A program made the translations under genes and the position numbers. Under the pieces are notes generated by a model. The model had not been told where the DNA came from. It worked only from the letters and a program-made list of their open reading frames with translations, and did no database searches. DNA of 30,014 nucleotides from positions 1-30,014 of IMG/VR virus record IMGVR_UViG_3300043394_000287; one strand, given 5' to 3'. The DNA is from a virus (taxonomy: Duplodnaviria; Caudoviricetes). Positions 15,449-26,672 of this stretch are shown one piece after another (the stretch's first letter is position 1; each line of letters begins with the position of its first letter).

Positions 15449-17892
15449 TCAATCCTCCAACCCGCTGAAGTTGCTGTAAGAGTGACTGATGAATTTTGCA
15501 AAGACAACGCAAAAGTTAAAGCTCCATCAATTGTCTCGCTTGCATTGGCGTCAAGTGTTGCTGTGCCTGTTCCAAGTAACTTGAAAACAAGCTCTAAGCC
15601 ATCATTTGATGCTACTGCTGGCAAGTTGATGGTTACCGCTGATGCTCCATTGCTGATATAGTATTTTCTTTTGATAACGCCTGTATAATCAACGCTACCA
15701 AGATTTAAAGGGAATGATGATTCAGTGCTATATGTTGGCCTTGATGCACTTGTGCCTGTTGCTGATATTTGACCGCCAACAATACTGATCCCAGTTCCCG
15801 CTGTGTAGTAAGCTTTGACTGATGAAACTGAAGGAGCTTGATCAGTTTCAGTGCCAACCATACTATTTACAACAGATGCTGATTTAGCTAGTACATCAGT
15901 ATACTGAGTGATAGTTGTTGCGATTTGACCGCTTGTGATTGTGATCCCTGTTCCAGCACTAAAAGCATTTCTCGCAAGTGTATCTGAGAAATATTTATTA
16001 GTTGTTCCTTCAGTTAAGTTATCGGTTGTCTTCGTTGCCAATCTTGTATCAAATGCTGAATTAACTCTTGTGCTTGTATAATAAAGGTTGGTTGATCCTT
16101 CGCTTAAATTATCAGTTGTTTTTGTCGCAAGTCTATTATCAAATCTTGTATTCGTATAATAAAGGTTGGTTGATCCTTCAGTTAAATTGTCTGTTGTTAA
16201 TGTAACATTGCCAGCAACTGGAGAAACTGAATTGACTGAGTTGACCGCCCCCGCATTGGCTGATACATAGCTTTTCATCGCCGCTACTGATGGAGCTTGA
16301 TCGGTTTCTGTGCCTGATGTGCTATTAACAACGGCCGCCGTTCTTGCTAGTGTATCGGTGAAATATTTATTTGTTGATCCTTCTGAAACATCATCGGTAT
16401 CAAGTGAAACTGTACCTGTTTGACCATTAACGGAAACAACAGCACCACTCACACCAAAGGCAACCCATGCACTGCCATCATAAATCCAAGATGATGAATC
16501 GTCCGTTTGTATAGCAACATCACCCTCTTGAGCAACTAAAGCAAGTCTAGCGGCTGCATCAGCGACCACATGAACATCAGTTATTGCTAAAGGTGGCAAA
16601 TGATTGGTTGGTACAAGACCATTTGCATCAAGTTCGCAAATCCCATTATTTGCACCCTTTTGAAGAGTTATTCTAGCATCTGCATCTGTGTCGGTATATT
16701 GAGTGATGGTTGATGAGATTTGACCACTAGAAAGAGCAATCCCTGTTCCCGCTGTGTAGTAAGCTTTGACTGATGAAACTGAAGGAGCTTGATCTGTTTC
16801 AGATCCAGCCATTGAGTTTACAACTGATGCACTTTTAGCAAGTGAATTTGTGAAATAAAGGTTGGTCGATCCTTGAGTTAAATTGTCAGTTGTTTTTGTT
16901 GCCAAGCGTGTATCAAATCTTGAATTTGTATAAAATAGATTTGTTGATCCTTCGGTTAAATCATCGCTTGAGGTTGGGATTGTTGGCTTGTTTCTAAGCT
17001 CACTATATGATCCACTGAAAGAGGTTGATAAGCCGTTATTCAGATCATAAACATAACTATCAGAGTTTTGATATTGCACGACTAAGCCACTATTAAATCC
17101 AGTGCGACCAACTAAAGCAACATTACTTGTTAAGTTGGTTTGCAATGCATTAACACCGCTGCATTCACTCAAGATTGTCAATAGTGGAGATCCTGCCCCT
17201 GATCTTGATGAAGTGACAAATTGATTTCCCAAAGCACAACGATCAAAATAAACGGTTGCTGTTACATTGGATGCAATAGATATGCCACCAGCAAAAGAAC
17301 ATTGCTCAAAGGTGATGAAGTTGGCTGTTGAATTGTTGATTGTAACGGTACTATCAAAGATCACATTCTTAAAATAGTGTCTCCCTTGAGTTCCGTTAAT
17401 GAGCAATGCACCCTCAACATTGATATTATTCATTCTAACTCGTGTTGTGCTTGCCCCTGATATAGTCAAGCCACGAGATACAAGCTCGCAAATATGTGCA
17501 CTTGTTGGATGCTGAGGCCCTATGATATCCATTCCACTAGGTGCATCGCTGATTGTCAATGTTGATCCACTATAAGACCCCGCTGACATATAAATAGCAT
17601 AAGCTCCATTTCCTCCAGCAATTGCATCAACAACGGTTTGAATGTCATTTACATTTTCATTCACATAATAGGAATTGGAATAGAGAGTTTTACTTTGTAC
17701 TGTATCAAGGGAGCTTTGATCAGCCTTAGCATCTAAATCAGTTTGAAGAGCTGATGTAAAATATTGACGATCAGCATTTAAGCCTGCATCAATATTATCG
17801 GTTGTTAAAACAACAACTCCAGTTTCACCATTCACTGAATCAACAGCACCACCACCGCCACCACTTACAGGAGGTTTGATAATAATAGCCAT
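15445..17892 (-). CDS. Tail (or head) fibre with internal repeats
   Basis: Repeated VxSVNGxTGxVxLxTD, TDNLTEGSTNLY and ETDQAPSV modules; beta-helix-like N-terminal region; C-terminal VTINLPA...TLDANASETIDG module. Confidence 0.85.
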   Translation of the reverse strand: MAIIIKPPVSGGGGGAVDSVNGETGVVVLTTDNIDAGLNADRQYFTSALQTDLDAKADQSSLDTVQSKTLYSNSYYVNENVNDIQTVVDAIAGGNGAYAIYMSAGSYSGSTLTISDAPSGMDIIGPQHPTSAHICELVSRGLTISGASTTRVRMNNINVEGALLINGTQGRHYFKNVIFDSTVTINNSTANFITFEQCSFAGGISIASNVTATVYFDRCALGNQFVTSSRSGAGSPLLTILSECSGVNALQTNLTSNVALVGRTGFNSGLVVQYQNSDSYVYDLNNGLSTSFSGSYSELRNKPTIPTSSDDLTEGSTNLFYTNSRFDTRLATKTTDNLTQGSTNLYFTNSLAKSASVVNSMAGSETDQAPSVSSVKAYYTAGTGIALSSGQISSTITQYTDTDADARITLQKGANNGICELDANGLVPTNHLPPLAITDVHVVADAAARLALVAQEGDVAIQTDDSSSWIYDGSAWVAFGVSGAVVSVNGQTGTVSLDTDDVSEGSTNKYFTDTLARTAAVVNSTSGTETDQAPSVAAMKSYVSANAGAVNSVNSVSPVAGNVTLTTDNLTEGSTNLYYTNTRFDNRLATKTTDNLSEGSTNLYYTSTRVNSAFDTRLATKTTDNLTEGTTNKYFSDTLARNAFSAGTGITITSGQIATTITQYTDVLAKSASVVNSMVGTETDQAPSVSSVKAYYTAGTGISIVGGQISATGTSASRPTYSTESSFPLNLGSVDYTGVIKRKYYISNGASAVTINLPAVASNDGLELVFKLLGTGTATLDANASETIDGALTFALSLQNSSVTLTATSAGWRIE
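15794..16794. repeat. 50-bp perfect direct repeat within the fibre gene (15794-15843 and 16745-16794)
   Basis: GTTCCCGCTGTGTAGTAAGCTTTGACTGATGAAACTGAAGGAGCTTGATC occurs twice. Confidence 0.9.
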
Positions 17893-17893
17893 G

Positions 17894-18274
17894 TTAAACA
17901 ACCTTTCTATTGAATGCACAAATCAATTTTAGATCATCACCACTTGCACCCTTTTTATAGGCGATAGTTGTGATTGCTCCTCCTTTTGTACCACCGCATT
18001 GAATATCAATAGCACCACCAGCCAAAACAAAAATTTCATTTGTTGTACTATCTGATGAAGTAGTACGAGCACGAAGTTTAAAGAAGGCGGTTGATGATCC
18101 TGGATTATAGACGCTAATGTCACAAAAAGCGAGATCTGCATCAAGTGCTGATCCTGTTGTGCTATCAATGAAATCGCTTGAGTTTAGATCAGTCCAATCG
18201 GTGGATGAGTTGGATGCAGTACTTTTGCAAGCGATAAATTCACCTGTTTGAATTTGGTATTGGAGACGATTCAT
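17894..18274 (-). CDS. Hypothetical virion protein
   Basis: Lies in the structural operon; beta-rich. Confidence 0.65.
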   Translation of the reverse strand: MNRLQYQIQTGEFIACKSTASNSSTDWTDLNSSDFIDSTTGSALDADLAFCDISVYNPGSSTAFFKLRARTTSSDSTTNEIFVLAGGAIDIQCGGTKGGAITTIAYKKGASGDDLKLICAFNRKVV

Positions 18275-18432
18275 TTTGCCTTCTTTATGATGATAGGTTG
18301 ATCTTCGATGACAACGATTTTTTTAGTAGTCTTTTTATTGTCATCTTTTTGCTCTAAAATAGCAATTCTCTCTTCTAGTCTCTCGATGAGATCGGCAAGA
18401 TATCGCATAGTCAATTGTGGTTTTTCACTCAT
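18271..18432 (-). CDS. 53-aa coiled-coil protein (missed by ORF track)
   Basis: AGGAG SD; MSEKPQLTMRYLADLIERLEERIAILEQKDD...KKAK; overlaps both neighbours and fills the gap exactly. Confidence 0.7.
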   Translation of the reverse strand: MSEKPQLTMRYLADLIERLEERIAILEQKDDNKKTTKKIVVIEDQPIIIKKAK

Positions 18433-21064
18433 AGATAAAACTCCTATCTATATAAGCTCTTTTAGTGTGATGAGATTGAGCATTTAAGTATGTTGTAGGT
18501 TGGATGATGCCACCTGCTGACATGCCATGAGTAGCAGTAAAGGTGATTTGATTTCCACTGATAGATGCAATGGTCTTTGTCAAGGTGGTTGCTTCTGATC
18601 CTTGTAAAACATAATCAACGATATCGCCAACCTTAAAATAATTGATATCAGCATCTGAGTAAAAATCAGCTTCAATCTCAATTGTGGTTGTATTGATGAT
18701 TGTAGCAATCTTTGCTGATGCATTCCAAGATGGAGAAGAATCGCCCAAGTGAATAAGCTTTAATTCAGTACCTTCTCCCATAAGATCGATGCTGATCGAT
18801 TGCACCATAGCGATCTTATTTGATACTCCATAAGCATCAGTATAACCCTTGAGAAAATCGCTACTGATTTTTAGATATGATCCAACATCTAAAGCAAGGC
18901 CTTTGCCTGTACCTATGGAAAGATGCCACATTCTGACGGCTTGACCATACAATCTGAAAAGCCTTGCATAGGTAGGCAAAAAGTTTTCTAAGAAATCGCT
19001 TGCATTTGTGCCGCCTAAAATGTCGCTAGTGATGCCATATAAATCAAGCTCCATCGATTTGGTTTCACCTGCTAGTCGATTGATCGCATCGTAGTTATTA
19101 ACGATTCTAGTTGTTGGCTCTTCTTGATGCATGTCATATCTAAATTTGAATTGAGTTACGATATCCTCGAAGTTTGACCAATATGGAGGCTTGCTTGCTA
19201 GGAAATCGCTATCTGATAAAGCCGTTTGATCTTCATCGGCTTCATGCCCCAAAAGCACCAAAGAGATGCGAGGATTAAAGCTATCTCTATTCATGACAAT
19301 ACATGCACCCATCGTTTTAAGCATTGGATCAAGTATTTCTCTTAAAGTGAGTTCATCAGCAGGTAGCGAGAACATCCAGTCAGTGATCCCACTAGCACTA
19401 TTCAAGCTCAAAAATGATTGCTCATCAATCATGCTTGAGTTCAAATTGCATCCAGTTAATTGCAAGTCGTAAGTTCCATTGATTGCACCACCTCCACCAC
19501 TTTCTAAGAGTTGTAAAATAACTTCACCAGCTGGTCGTCTAGTGATGATCAATCCCTTTGAAATCTCTATTGGAGAGCCTTCACCAAGCCAATCGCCAAA
19601 AGGTGGCAACCTTCTATTTTCTGAGATGTTCATATCAAGATGCAAGAGATATGCACCGCCTAAATCTTCTTCATGTGTAGCTAGTGCATTAACTACATCT
19701 TCTCCAATTTTTATTTGTATTGCATAGAGATTGCCATCAGCTTCAGTTGGCAAGCCTAAAGAGTCTTGTACTAAAATATAAGGTTCATCTCTATCTCTCC
19801 AACCTAAAGCAAATCCTCGAATATCATAGAACACTGGATCACCTCCACCACCAGTGCCGGGAAAGCTTGTTACTGTAAATTTCAATCCTAAATCAACTTG
19901 ATAAGGCCTGTTGTCTTGCATCTCTAGGATTGGAGCTAAAGATCCTAAAAAGCTGATGCCATATGAAATACATTGTGGATCAGGTGCGACATATAGCAAT
20001 GGAACATCAAATGAATATTCTTCATTGCTTGCTTGTTTAAGAAGATCGGAGCTATCTGAAAACACCATATCATCATCAGCATCAATTCCATTTATTCTTA
20101 AAATATATCTTCCCATTCGCTTAAAAATGCTAAATGCCCCAACTCGTCCAACAGTAAGCTTAAAATGATCATTCAATATGCTGATGACTTCATCATGTGT
20201 TTTTAGACCTGGATCAATGGTTAAATATGGCAAAAATCCAATAGCATGAAATTCTGGCCTCATAAATTTTAAAGGCGATAGCTGATTTCTGATATCTCCA
20301 TAATAATGGACGCCTTGAGCCAATCTAGTTTTCTGAGTACCTGAAGAGACCTTATTGTCAAGCATGGCAGTCATAGGCAAGATTGAAATAGTAACTGAGT
20401 TTAAGCCTTCAATCGTTGGAGAGCTTTCTATGATGCCTTGAAAAATGATCTGATTGTCCCAAGTGTTGCCGTTCTGATCAACTGAGCAAGCATAGATTTT
20501 TGCTTGCCTACCTCTCCAAGATACTAGCTCACTTGAGACGATAGGCGTATCAGTACCGCCCAAATAAATCTGATGTTGTTGTCTAAACCCCAATCGGTGA
20601 CTAGTTGTTATCGTATAGATGCCACCGCTTTCAGATTGAGAAGTACAATAAAAACTCTCTGATCCAATATGCAAAAGATGAGGATAACTTACTGATGGAT
20701 TGCTATCAACTACTAAATCAGGCGTATTATCTGAGCGTAAAACATTTGCAACAAGTTGACCATTCCAAATAGAGCTTGATCTTGATAGACGGCTAAAAAT
20801 AACATGTGGATCAATGCTTGACCCTCTCATCCTATCCATAGCTAAAGAGATTGAGATTGGTTGATATGTGGCAACGCCTCCACTCGGTTCTATTTCCGCT
20901 TGATATGGAGTGATTGACTGGATGCAATCTAAATCAATATATGAGAGATCATAAAGGGATGATGCTGTGAATGGATTTGCTCCCATATAAAAGCGAGTCA
21001 TTAAGCCTTGTATCTCCAAGCCAAAGACGCGATAACCTTGATCATCTTGCAATTTAAAAGCCAT
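18425..21064 (-). CDS. Large tail-tip/hub protein (putative)
   Basis: 879 aa; position after the tape measure and distal tail genes. Confidence 0.6.
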   Translation of the reverse strand: MAFKLQDDQGYRVFGLEIQGLMTRFYMGANPFTASSLYDLSYIDLDCIQSITPYQAEIEPSGGVATYQPISISLAMDRMRGSSIDPHVIFSRLSRSSSIWNGQLVANVLRSDNTPDLVVDSNPSVSYPHLLHIGSESFYCTSQSESGGIYTITTSHRLGFRQQHQIYLGGTDTPIVSSELVSWRGRQAKIYACSVDQNGNTWDNQIIFQGIIESSPTIEGLNSVTISILPMTAMLDNKVSSGTQKTRLAQGVHYYGDIRNQLSPLKFMRPEFHAIGFLPYLTIDPGLKTHDEVISILNDHFKLTVGRVGAFSIFKRMGRYILRINGIDADDDMVFSDSSDLLKQASNEEYSFDVPLLYVAPDPQCISYGISFLGSLAPILEMQDNRPYQVDLGLKFTVTSFPGTGGGGDPVFYDIRGFALGWRDRDEPYILVQDSLGLPTEADGNLYAIQIKIGEDVVNALATHEEDLGGAYLLHLDMNISENRRLPPFGDWLGEGSPIEISKGLIITRRPAGEVILQLLESGGGGAINGTYDLQLTGCNLNSSMIDEQSFLSLNSASGITDWMFSLPADELTLREILDPMLKTMGACIVMNRDSFNPRISLVLLGHEADEDQTALSDSDFLASKPPYWSNFEDIVTQFKFRYDMHQEEPTTRIVNNYDAINRLAGETKSMELDLYGITSDILGGTNASDFLENFLPTYARLFRLYGQAVRMWHLSIGTGKGLALDVGSYLKISSDFLKGYTDAYGVSNKIAMVQSISIDLMGEGTELKLIHLGDSSPSWNASAKIATIINTTTIEIEADFYSDADINYFKVGDIVDYVLQGSEATTLTKTIASISGNQITFTATHGMSAGGIIQPTTYLNAQSHHTKRAYIDRSFIYE

Positions 21065-21681
21065 TATACTTGCTCCTTGTAAAGCTCATAAGATCCTATC
21101 ATATCCAGCTTGCAATCAACACAATCGATTTTCAAAGCAAGCAAATTGCCACGATATGTACTAGGTAAATAAAGAGGCCTTGCGAAGTTGGTTTGAATCG
21201 ATGATGTGCCTGTTGTATCAGATGAGCTTGAGACAATAGCTGACTTGAAATCAGCTAAAATAACAAGCTCTCCATTCGTATCTGATAGAACACATCCATT
21301 ATCTATTATATCTTGCGTTGTGGTTGGATTTCTCACAAGTGAAACGGTGATAGATATAGGATCATCACTAGATGCATATTTGAAAACAAAGCCAATGTAC
21401 TCGCAATTCTTTGATGACTGATGCAAGTGAATGTATGTTTGATTGCCCTTTGGGATATGTCTTAAATTAGTTATATCTGTAATAGCATGCGATTGGTTAT
21501 AATTCCAAGAGTTTGGATTATCTCTTGATGTGTAGGCTATTGCTGATTTTCTACCTTTGGCAAATGCTAGATGATTTAAAGCATTTGCTATTTGTGAGAT
21601 TGTAGCACCAAGCACAGGCTGAGAGATTGAAACCTCTTGATCTAGTGGAGCTTGTCTAGTTGTTTGAGAGATAAAAGCCAT
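21064..21681 (-). CDS. Tail-tip protein (hypothetical)
   Basis: Translationally coupled within the tail operon. Confidence 0.55.
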   Translation of the reverse strand: MAFISQTTRQAPLDQEVSISQPVLGATISQIANALNHLAFAKGRKSAIAYTSRDNPNSWNYNQSHAITDITNLRHIPKGNQTYIHLHQSSKNCEYIGFVFKYASSDDPISITVSLVRNPTTTQDIIDNGCVLSDTNGELVILADFKSAIVSSSSDTTGTSSIQTNFARPLYLPSTYRGNLLALKIDCVDCKLDMIGSYELYKEQV

Positions 21682-22754
21682 CACGCCCCCCAAAGAGAAA
21701 TAGATTGAATTGGAGATGATATTAAGGTTGGATCAAGTGGATCACCTGAGAGCAAGGGATTGATTCTAAGTGGTCTTAATCGATATGTTAAATTAACTAA
21801 GAAAGCATCAAAACTTGATGGATATTTAGTCAAGATTGAAATCCACTTGCCCGTCTCTCCAGCATCAACAACAATCTTATTTGACCATAGATAAAACTCA
21901 TAATCATAGGCTGATGGATTGATAACATACATGTTAATCACAAGGTTTAAATTCAATGTGATTGCTCCCTCCCATTGTGGAAGATTGGGAGTCATTGCGA
22001 TCAGGTCTTGATAAGAGAATGTCTTTTGAGGATGAATTGATCCACCGTTAAATGTGTTAGTTGTGCCTCCATCAGCATTTACATCAATCGCTGATGCTGT
22101 GAATAACATTCTAGGCCTCTTTTGCAATAGCCTAAGATTGCTCAATAGTTGCCTACCTTTTGCAGACGATAAAGGTTTGTCACTTATAAAAGCATCATCA
22201 CCTATTGGGTAAAAATAGCCAGCTCCATTTGGTTGATATACAGCACCATCTGAAACAGACGATAAAGGCAAAGCTTCAACGCAAATAGAATTTACTTGTA
22301 AATGTCCTTGTACCGTCATTTGCACAAGCATGTATGAAGTTGAATTGCTGATGCTTGCGAATGTGATTGATCCTTGATAATAGGCCGTCGTGCTAGGAGT
22401 TAAATTAAGAGTTAATGTAGCCGTTGACGCCCCCGCCGTTATCGTAACATAAACATAATTTGAGCCAGTGTGAGCTTGTGCATTGACTGTGATTTGAAAA
22501 ACTTTGTGAGCGGTGCTGATAGTTGGCATCCTCCAATAACAAGCTATTTTAGCATTTTGATTGCCTGGATTATAATACAAAATCCCATCATCAAACTTTT
22601 GCTCAATCATCACCCCTGCACCATAATGAGCATGAAGATAATTTTGCATCTTGCCAATGTTGACAAGTGCATCAGCATCATTTGAAATCTCTTTCCCTGA
22701 AACATAGAGAAATGGATCAAGCGAAACAATGGGATTTAAAATAGAGTTAGTCAT
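21681..22754 (-). CDS. Tail-tip protein (hypothetical)
   Basis: GGAG SD upstream of 22754; tail operon position. Confidence 0.55.
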   Translation of the reverse strand: MTNSILNPIVSLDPFLYVSGKEISNDADALVNIGKMQNYLHAHYGAGVMIEQKFDDGILYYNPGNQNAKIACYWRMPTISTAHKVFQITVNAQAHTGSNYVYVTITAGASTATLTLNLTPSTTAYYQGSITFASISNSTSYMLVQMTVQGHLQVNSICVEALPLSSVSDGAVYQPNGAGYFYPIGDDAFISDKPLSSAKGRQLLSNLRLLQKRPRMLFTASAIDVNADGGTTNTFNGGSIHPQKTFSYQDLIAMTPNLPQWEGAITLNLNLVINMYVINPSAYDYEFYLWSNKIVVDAGETGKWISILTKYPSSFDAFLVNLTYRLRPLRINPLLSGDPLDPTLISSPIQSISLWGA

Positions 22755-23928
22755 GCTCGATCTCCATAGTGATTGGTACTCTTCTTCTGATAACTCCATC
22801 ATAAGCGAGATCTGCTGATATGTCTGTTATAGTGCCAACGATAACCCCTTGATCGCCGTTATTTTCACTTGTATGAGTGAGAGAATAAGCAGGATTTGAT
22901 GAGGTGATATCATTCGTTATCCTTGCTAGTCTAGGATCTCCAACGCCTTGAATGAAATTGATCTTTGCTCCCTTGTAAAAGTAAGCTCCTAAAGTATCGC
23001 TAAAAAATCGATAGTCATTCTGAATATCAGCATAAGCATCTAAATGGAAAGTCAATCGAGATTTAACATAATTGCCTATGAAGTTGGATGTAAAGCCACC
23101 GCCTATTTTCCGTTGATATTCACTCACTCGATCGTATGCTATATGATGATCTTGAAATGGTCTTGATGGATATAAGACGCCTGGCATCACATGATCAGCG
23201 ATCAATGCTTTTCTTCCATAGAGAGAAACCCATTGCTCATTTCCACTAAATCCAAGCCTATCTCTGAAATCTGTATCAACCCATGAGAATGATGGATTGG
23301 TAAAGGTTGACATTCTCACCACATGCCCATCATCTCGCAAAATCCATTGATGAGCTTGTGCAAAATAAAATTCATCCCTTGATTGTAGGCAATATTGACC
23401 ATTGCCCGATCTGATCGATAAGAGAGAAACCATATCTTGAGCAAGTGGAAAATTTGGATATAAGAATGGAGATGCTACACCTGATTCGGTATAGCTGATT
23501 TTTCCATAATTTGAATTGCCACTTTGCCAAAAAATCAAGTTGCCTCGTTGCCAATCATTGGGAAACACAGCAGGCGATTCGTACATTTCAAGATAATCGT
23601 TATCTAAGCCCCAAATCTCACCACCCCCTGCATTCGTGTTGATATCCATTGTATGCAATGGAGAGACGGCCCAATTGATACGATCTTGCTTATCAATGGA
23701 AATCGTCCATGTTGAGCCTGATATGTCAGCTTCTAAGTCGTGTTTGAGAGAATAGCTTGAGCTCATCCCTTGACCGTTTAGAAACTGAATAGGATTATCA
23801 AAAACAATCTGAGATGCTGATGGCAAGCTGATGTCTTGTCCTTCCGTTGTGTACAATGTACTTGTGAAAGGCCTTGCATCAAAATCAGTCATCAATGCAA
23901 AATTTGGAGCAAATTCATTTCTAGGCAT
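22747..23928 (-). CDS. Distal-tail-like protein (putative)
   Basis: First gene after the tape measure. Confidence 0.5.
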   Translation of the reverse strand: MPRNEFAPNFALMTDFDARPFTSTLYTTEGQDISLPSASQIVFDNPIQFLNGQGMSSSYSLKHDLEADISGSTWTISIDKQDRINWAVSPLHTMDINTNAGGGEIWGLDNDYLEMYESPAVFPNDWQRGNLIFWQSGNSNYGKISYTESGVASPFLYPNFPLAQDMVSLLSIRSGNGQYCLQSRDEFYFAQAHQWILRDDGHVVRMSTFTNPSFSWVDTDFRDRLGFSGNEQWVSLYGRKALIADHVMPGVLYPSRPFQDHHIAYDRVSEYQRKIGGGFTSNFIGNYVKSRLTFHLDAYADIQNDYRFFSDTLGAYFYKGAKINFIQGVGDPRLARITNDITSSNPAYSLTHTSENNGDQGVIVGTITDISADLAYDGVIRRRVPITMEIEHD

Positions 23929-26248
23929 TTAATCTTACCATCCCTCTGTTTGAGTTATTTATTTGTCTTACAATACGATCAGCAAATGCTCTTTCAGCGG
24001 CCGCCTTTGTATCATAGATGACTGATCCACCGAAGTTAATATTAAAGACCATTGGCTCAGCTTTACTTGCTTCAGGTCTGCTCGGTGCTTGTGCTTGTGC
24101 CAAACCAGTAGGAGAAACACTAGCTGAAGATCCACCACCTCCACCGCCTCCCATCGCTTTTGATGAAACCCCAGCAATAGCACCAACCCCAGCAAATAAA
24201 GCGGCTGATTGAAAATATTGACTAGCAGAAACACCACCAATTGGACCCAAAGCCAAAGCTGAAAAACCCATAGCGGTTGCAAAGATTGATCTTGCGATTG
24301 CTTCTTGTGCTAAGCCTTCAAGTGTTGACTTGATTGCTTCTTCCATTGATTGAGCTCCCATAATTGCACCAGCAACAGACGAGGCAAAAGCTTGAGTAGT
24401 AGCCATTGCCATCTCTCCCATTTGAGATGCTGCATAACTCTCAACCTTGACTCTTTGATTTGCATATCTCTTTTGAATTTCAGCTTTAGCAAGTTCGTTG
24501 TTCTCAACTGATCTCAATTCAATCTCTTGATTTTTTGCCAATAGATCAAGTTGTTTTTTGTATTCATCTTTGCCGGCCTCAATATCTAAGATTGCGATCT
24601 TATCCCTTAATTCTTGTTGCTTTTGTTGATATTGGATGCTTGATTGATATGTTGCCTCTTCGTGTGCGATTTGCTGATTGATTAAATCTTGATTGATCCT
24701 TGCTTGCTCTGAGATTTTAGCTTGCTCTTGTGCAAGTTGTTGATCGTTAATTCCTTGAATTGCTAGTTGATATTGTTTTTCAGCAATGAGCAATTGATTT
24801 TTATTATTTCTATTTAATTTTTTAGCAGTATTATAACTATTTTCAGCAAGTGCTATTTGCTCATCAAGGCCTGATTTAGTTAGTTGAATTTCAAGTGCAT
24901 TGATTTGAGATTGCTCAGATATGATTTGCATTTGCCTTGCTTTGAATTGTGCTTGCTTTTGCTTTAAGAGATCCTCTTGTTGTTTCTCCTGTTGTTTCTT
25001 TAAGATTGATGCATTCTTCTCTAAGTCAAGCCTTTTCAGCTCTTCTCTTTTCCGTTCTTCTTCAGCTCTTCGTTTTTCTTCTTCAGCTCTTTTTTTATCT
25101 TCATCAGCTATTTCTCTTTTAATCTTTGCTTCATTTGCCAATGCTTCAATGCTTGCTCTTCTATTCGTATTTATTTCTTTCAGTCTTTGAGCTTCATCAA
25201 ACATTTCATCTTTAGTCATAGATGTTGCTTTAGCTAAATTCTCATAAGCCTTGATTTGCTCAAGCTTAATTTGCCTTGCTCGCTCTTCTGGACCACTAGA
25301 TGAATAAGCCTCGATGACCAATTGATTTAATGCCATTTGTGCATCATACTCAGCTTTTAGCATGTCAATAGTTTCTAGCCTTGTAGCTTCTCTTTTCAAT
25401 TGAGCTTGCTCTTCTTTAATACTAGCTTCGTACTTTTCAGCATAGGCTTTGGTTAGATCTCTGACATATTGATCTTCTTCTTGAATCGATTTACTTAGTG
25501 CCTCTTGTGCATCTGCCATCTTTTCTTGTTGAGTTCTGAAGTCTATAAATTGAGCCGTTCCTTTAATAATAGAAGAAGTCCATCGCTCAAAAAACCACAT
25601 ATTTTTATCAACTAAATCCTTTTCTTTGCCTAAAAGTATGTTGATTTCTCTTTGTGCTTGAATACGATCAGAGAAGATCTTTTGACTTTCTGCTATTTGT
25701 TCATTCATATACTCAACACCCATGCGAGCATCAAAGATTGATTTGATCATCCCTTGCATTTCTGTGCTAGACAATCGAATCCCTTTAGTTGCCAATGCGT
25801 CAAGTTTAGAGGTCAAATCGCTTGCCACCGCCGCTGATACTGCTGCGGTTTTTTCATACTCTTTCGCCGCTCCAGTGAGTTGCTGATAACCCTCATAAAG
25901 TGTATATATTGTAGCAATAACAGCACCAACCGGCCCCAAGATTGCAATCATCCCTCTTGACCCATTATCTGCAAGTGTTACCATTGCACGACCTAAAGTC
26001 ACAGCTGAATCATTGGCCCCACCTAGACCGTTTTGTACCGCCATGATTCCACGAGTAGTGCCTTTAGTTTGTTGCTCTACCGTTTGACCTAGCGCATTAA
26101 AAGATTCTCCCAACTCATTTACTTTTTTATTTGATTTTTTAGATTGATCACCAATCGCTTGAGTGCTTTGTGCAACTTGATTTAAATCTTTTTTAGCCTC
26201 TTCAACGCCTTCAACCTCAACACCAATCACAACATTATTTTCTGCCAT
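23921..26248 (-). CDS. Tape measure protein
   Basis: Long helical/coiled-coil protein with Ala/Gly-rich hydrophobic segments, directly after the chaperone pair. Confidence 0.85.
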   Translation of the reverse strand: MAENNVVIGVEVEGVEEAKKDLNQVAQSTQAIGDQSKKSNKKVNELGESFNALGQTVEQQTKGTTRGIMAVQNGLGGANDSAVTLGRAMVTLADNGSRGMIAILGPVGAVIATIYTLYEGYQQLTGAAKEYEKTAAVSAAVASDLTSKLDALATKGIRLSSTEMQGMIKSIFDARMGVEYMNEQIAESQKIFSDRIQAQREINILLGKEKDLVDKNMWFFERWTSSIIKGTAQFIDFRTQQEKMADAQEALSKSIQEEDQYVRDLTKAYAEKYEASIKEEQAQLKREATRLETIDMLKAEYDAQMALNQLVIEAYSSSGPEERARQIKLEQIKAYENLAKATSMTKDEMFDEAQRLKEINTNRRASIEALANEAKIKREIADEDKKRAEEEKRRAEEERKREELKRLDLEKNASILKKQQEKQQEDLLKQKQAQFKARQMQIISEQSQINALEIQLTKSGLDEQIALAENSYNTAKKLNRNNKNQLLIAEKQYQLAIQGINDQQLAQEQAKISEQARINQDLINQQIAHEEATYQSSIQYQQKQQELRDKIAILDIEAGKDEYKKQLDLLAKNQEIELRSVENNELAKAEIQKRYANQRVKVESYAASQMGEMAMATTQAFASSVAGAIMGAQSMEEAIKSTLEGLAQEAIARSIFATAMGFSALALGPIGGVSASQYFQSAALFAGVGAIAGVSSKAMGGGGGGGSSASVSPTGLAQAQAPSRPEASKAEPMVFNINFGGSVIYDTKAAAERAFADRIVRQINNSNRGMVRLNA

Positions 26249-26672
26249 TGTTGATCTCACTCATCTGTCTCTCATGAAGACGATTTTTTAACAATTGATG
26301 ATGATAGTATAATAAATCTACTGCTTCAACAATAGCACAAGTCGGTGATGGATAAGATGTTTTTATGTCAAATAATCCATTCGTATGACTAAAAAAAGCA
26401 TTTACGATTGGAGTAGCTAGATTGGCAAGTGCAACAGGACATGATCTTATTTTAAGCTCGCTGAAAGCTTCATCGCTATCAGGCGCAACACGATAAGCAG
26501 GCACAAATAAGCCTTGCTCATCTTCATCTAAATAAGACAATCCCTTTTGAAACTTGCCACCACAATTGCCCCTAAGTTGTCTTAATCCTGGCTTAGATTT
26601 ACATTGCTCACACCCCCATGATCTCCCTTTATTTTGAGATAGCCATATTGAGGATGTGATCGCTATTTTCCC
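26235..26672 (-). CDS. Tail assembly chaperone, frameshifted (gpT-like) portion
   Basis: The -1 frame is open from the slippery site (GKIAITSSIWLSQNKGRSWGCEQC...) through the listed 26235..26540 ORF. Confidence 0.8.
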   Translation of the reverse strand, partial: GKIAITSSIWLSQNKGRSWGCEQCKSKPGLRQLRGNCGGKFQKGLSYLDEDEQGLFVPAYRVAPDSDEAFSELKIRSCPVALANLATPIVNAFFSHTNGLFDIKTSYPSPTCAIVEAVDLLYYHHQLLKNRLHERQMSEINNGRK

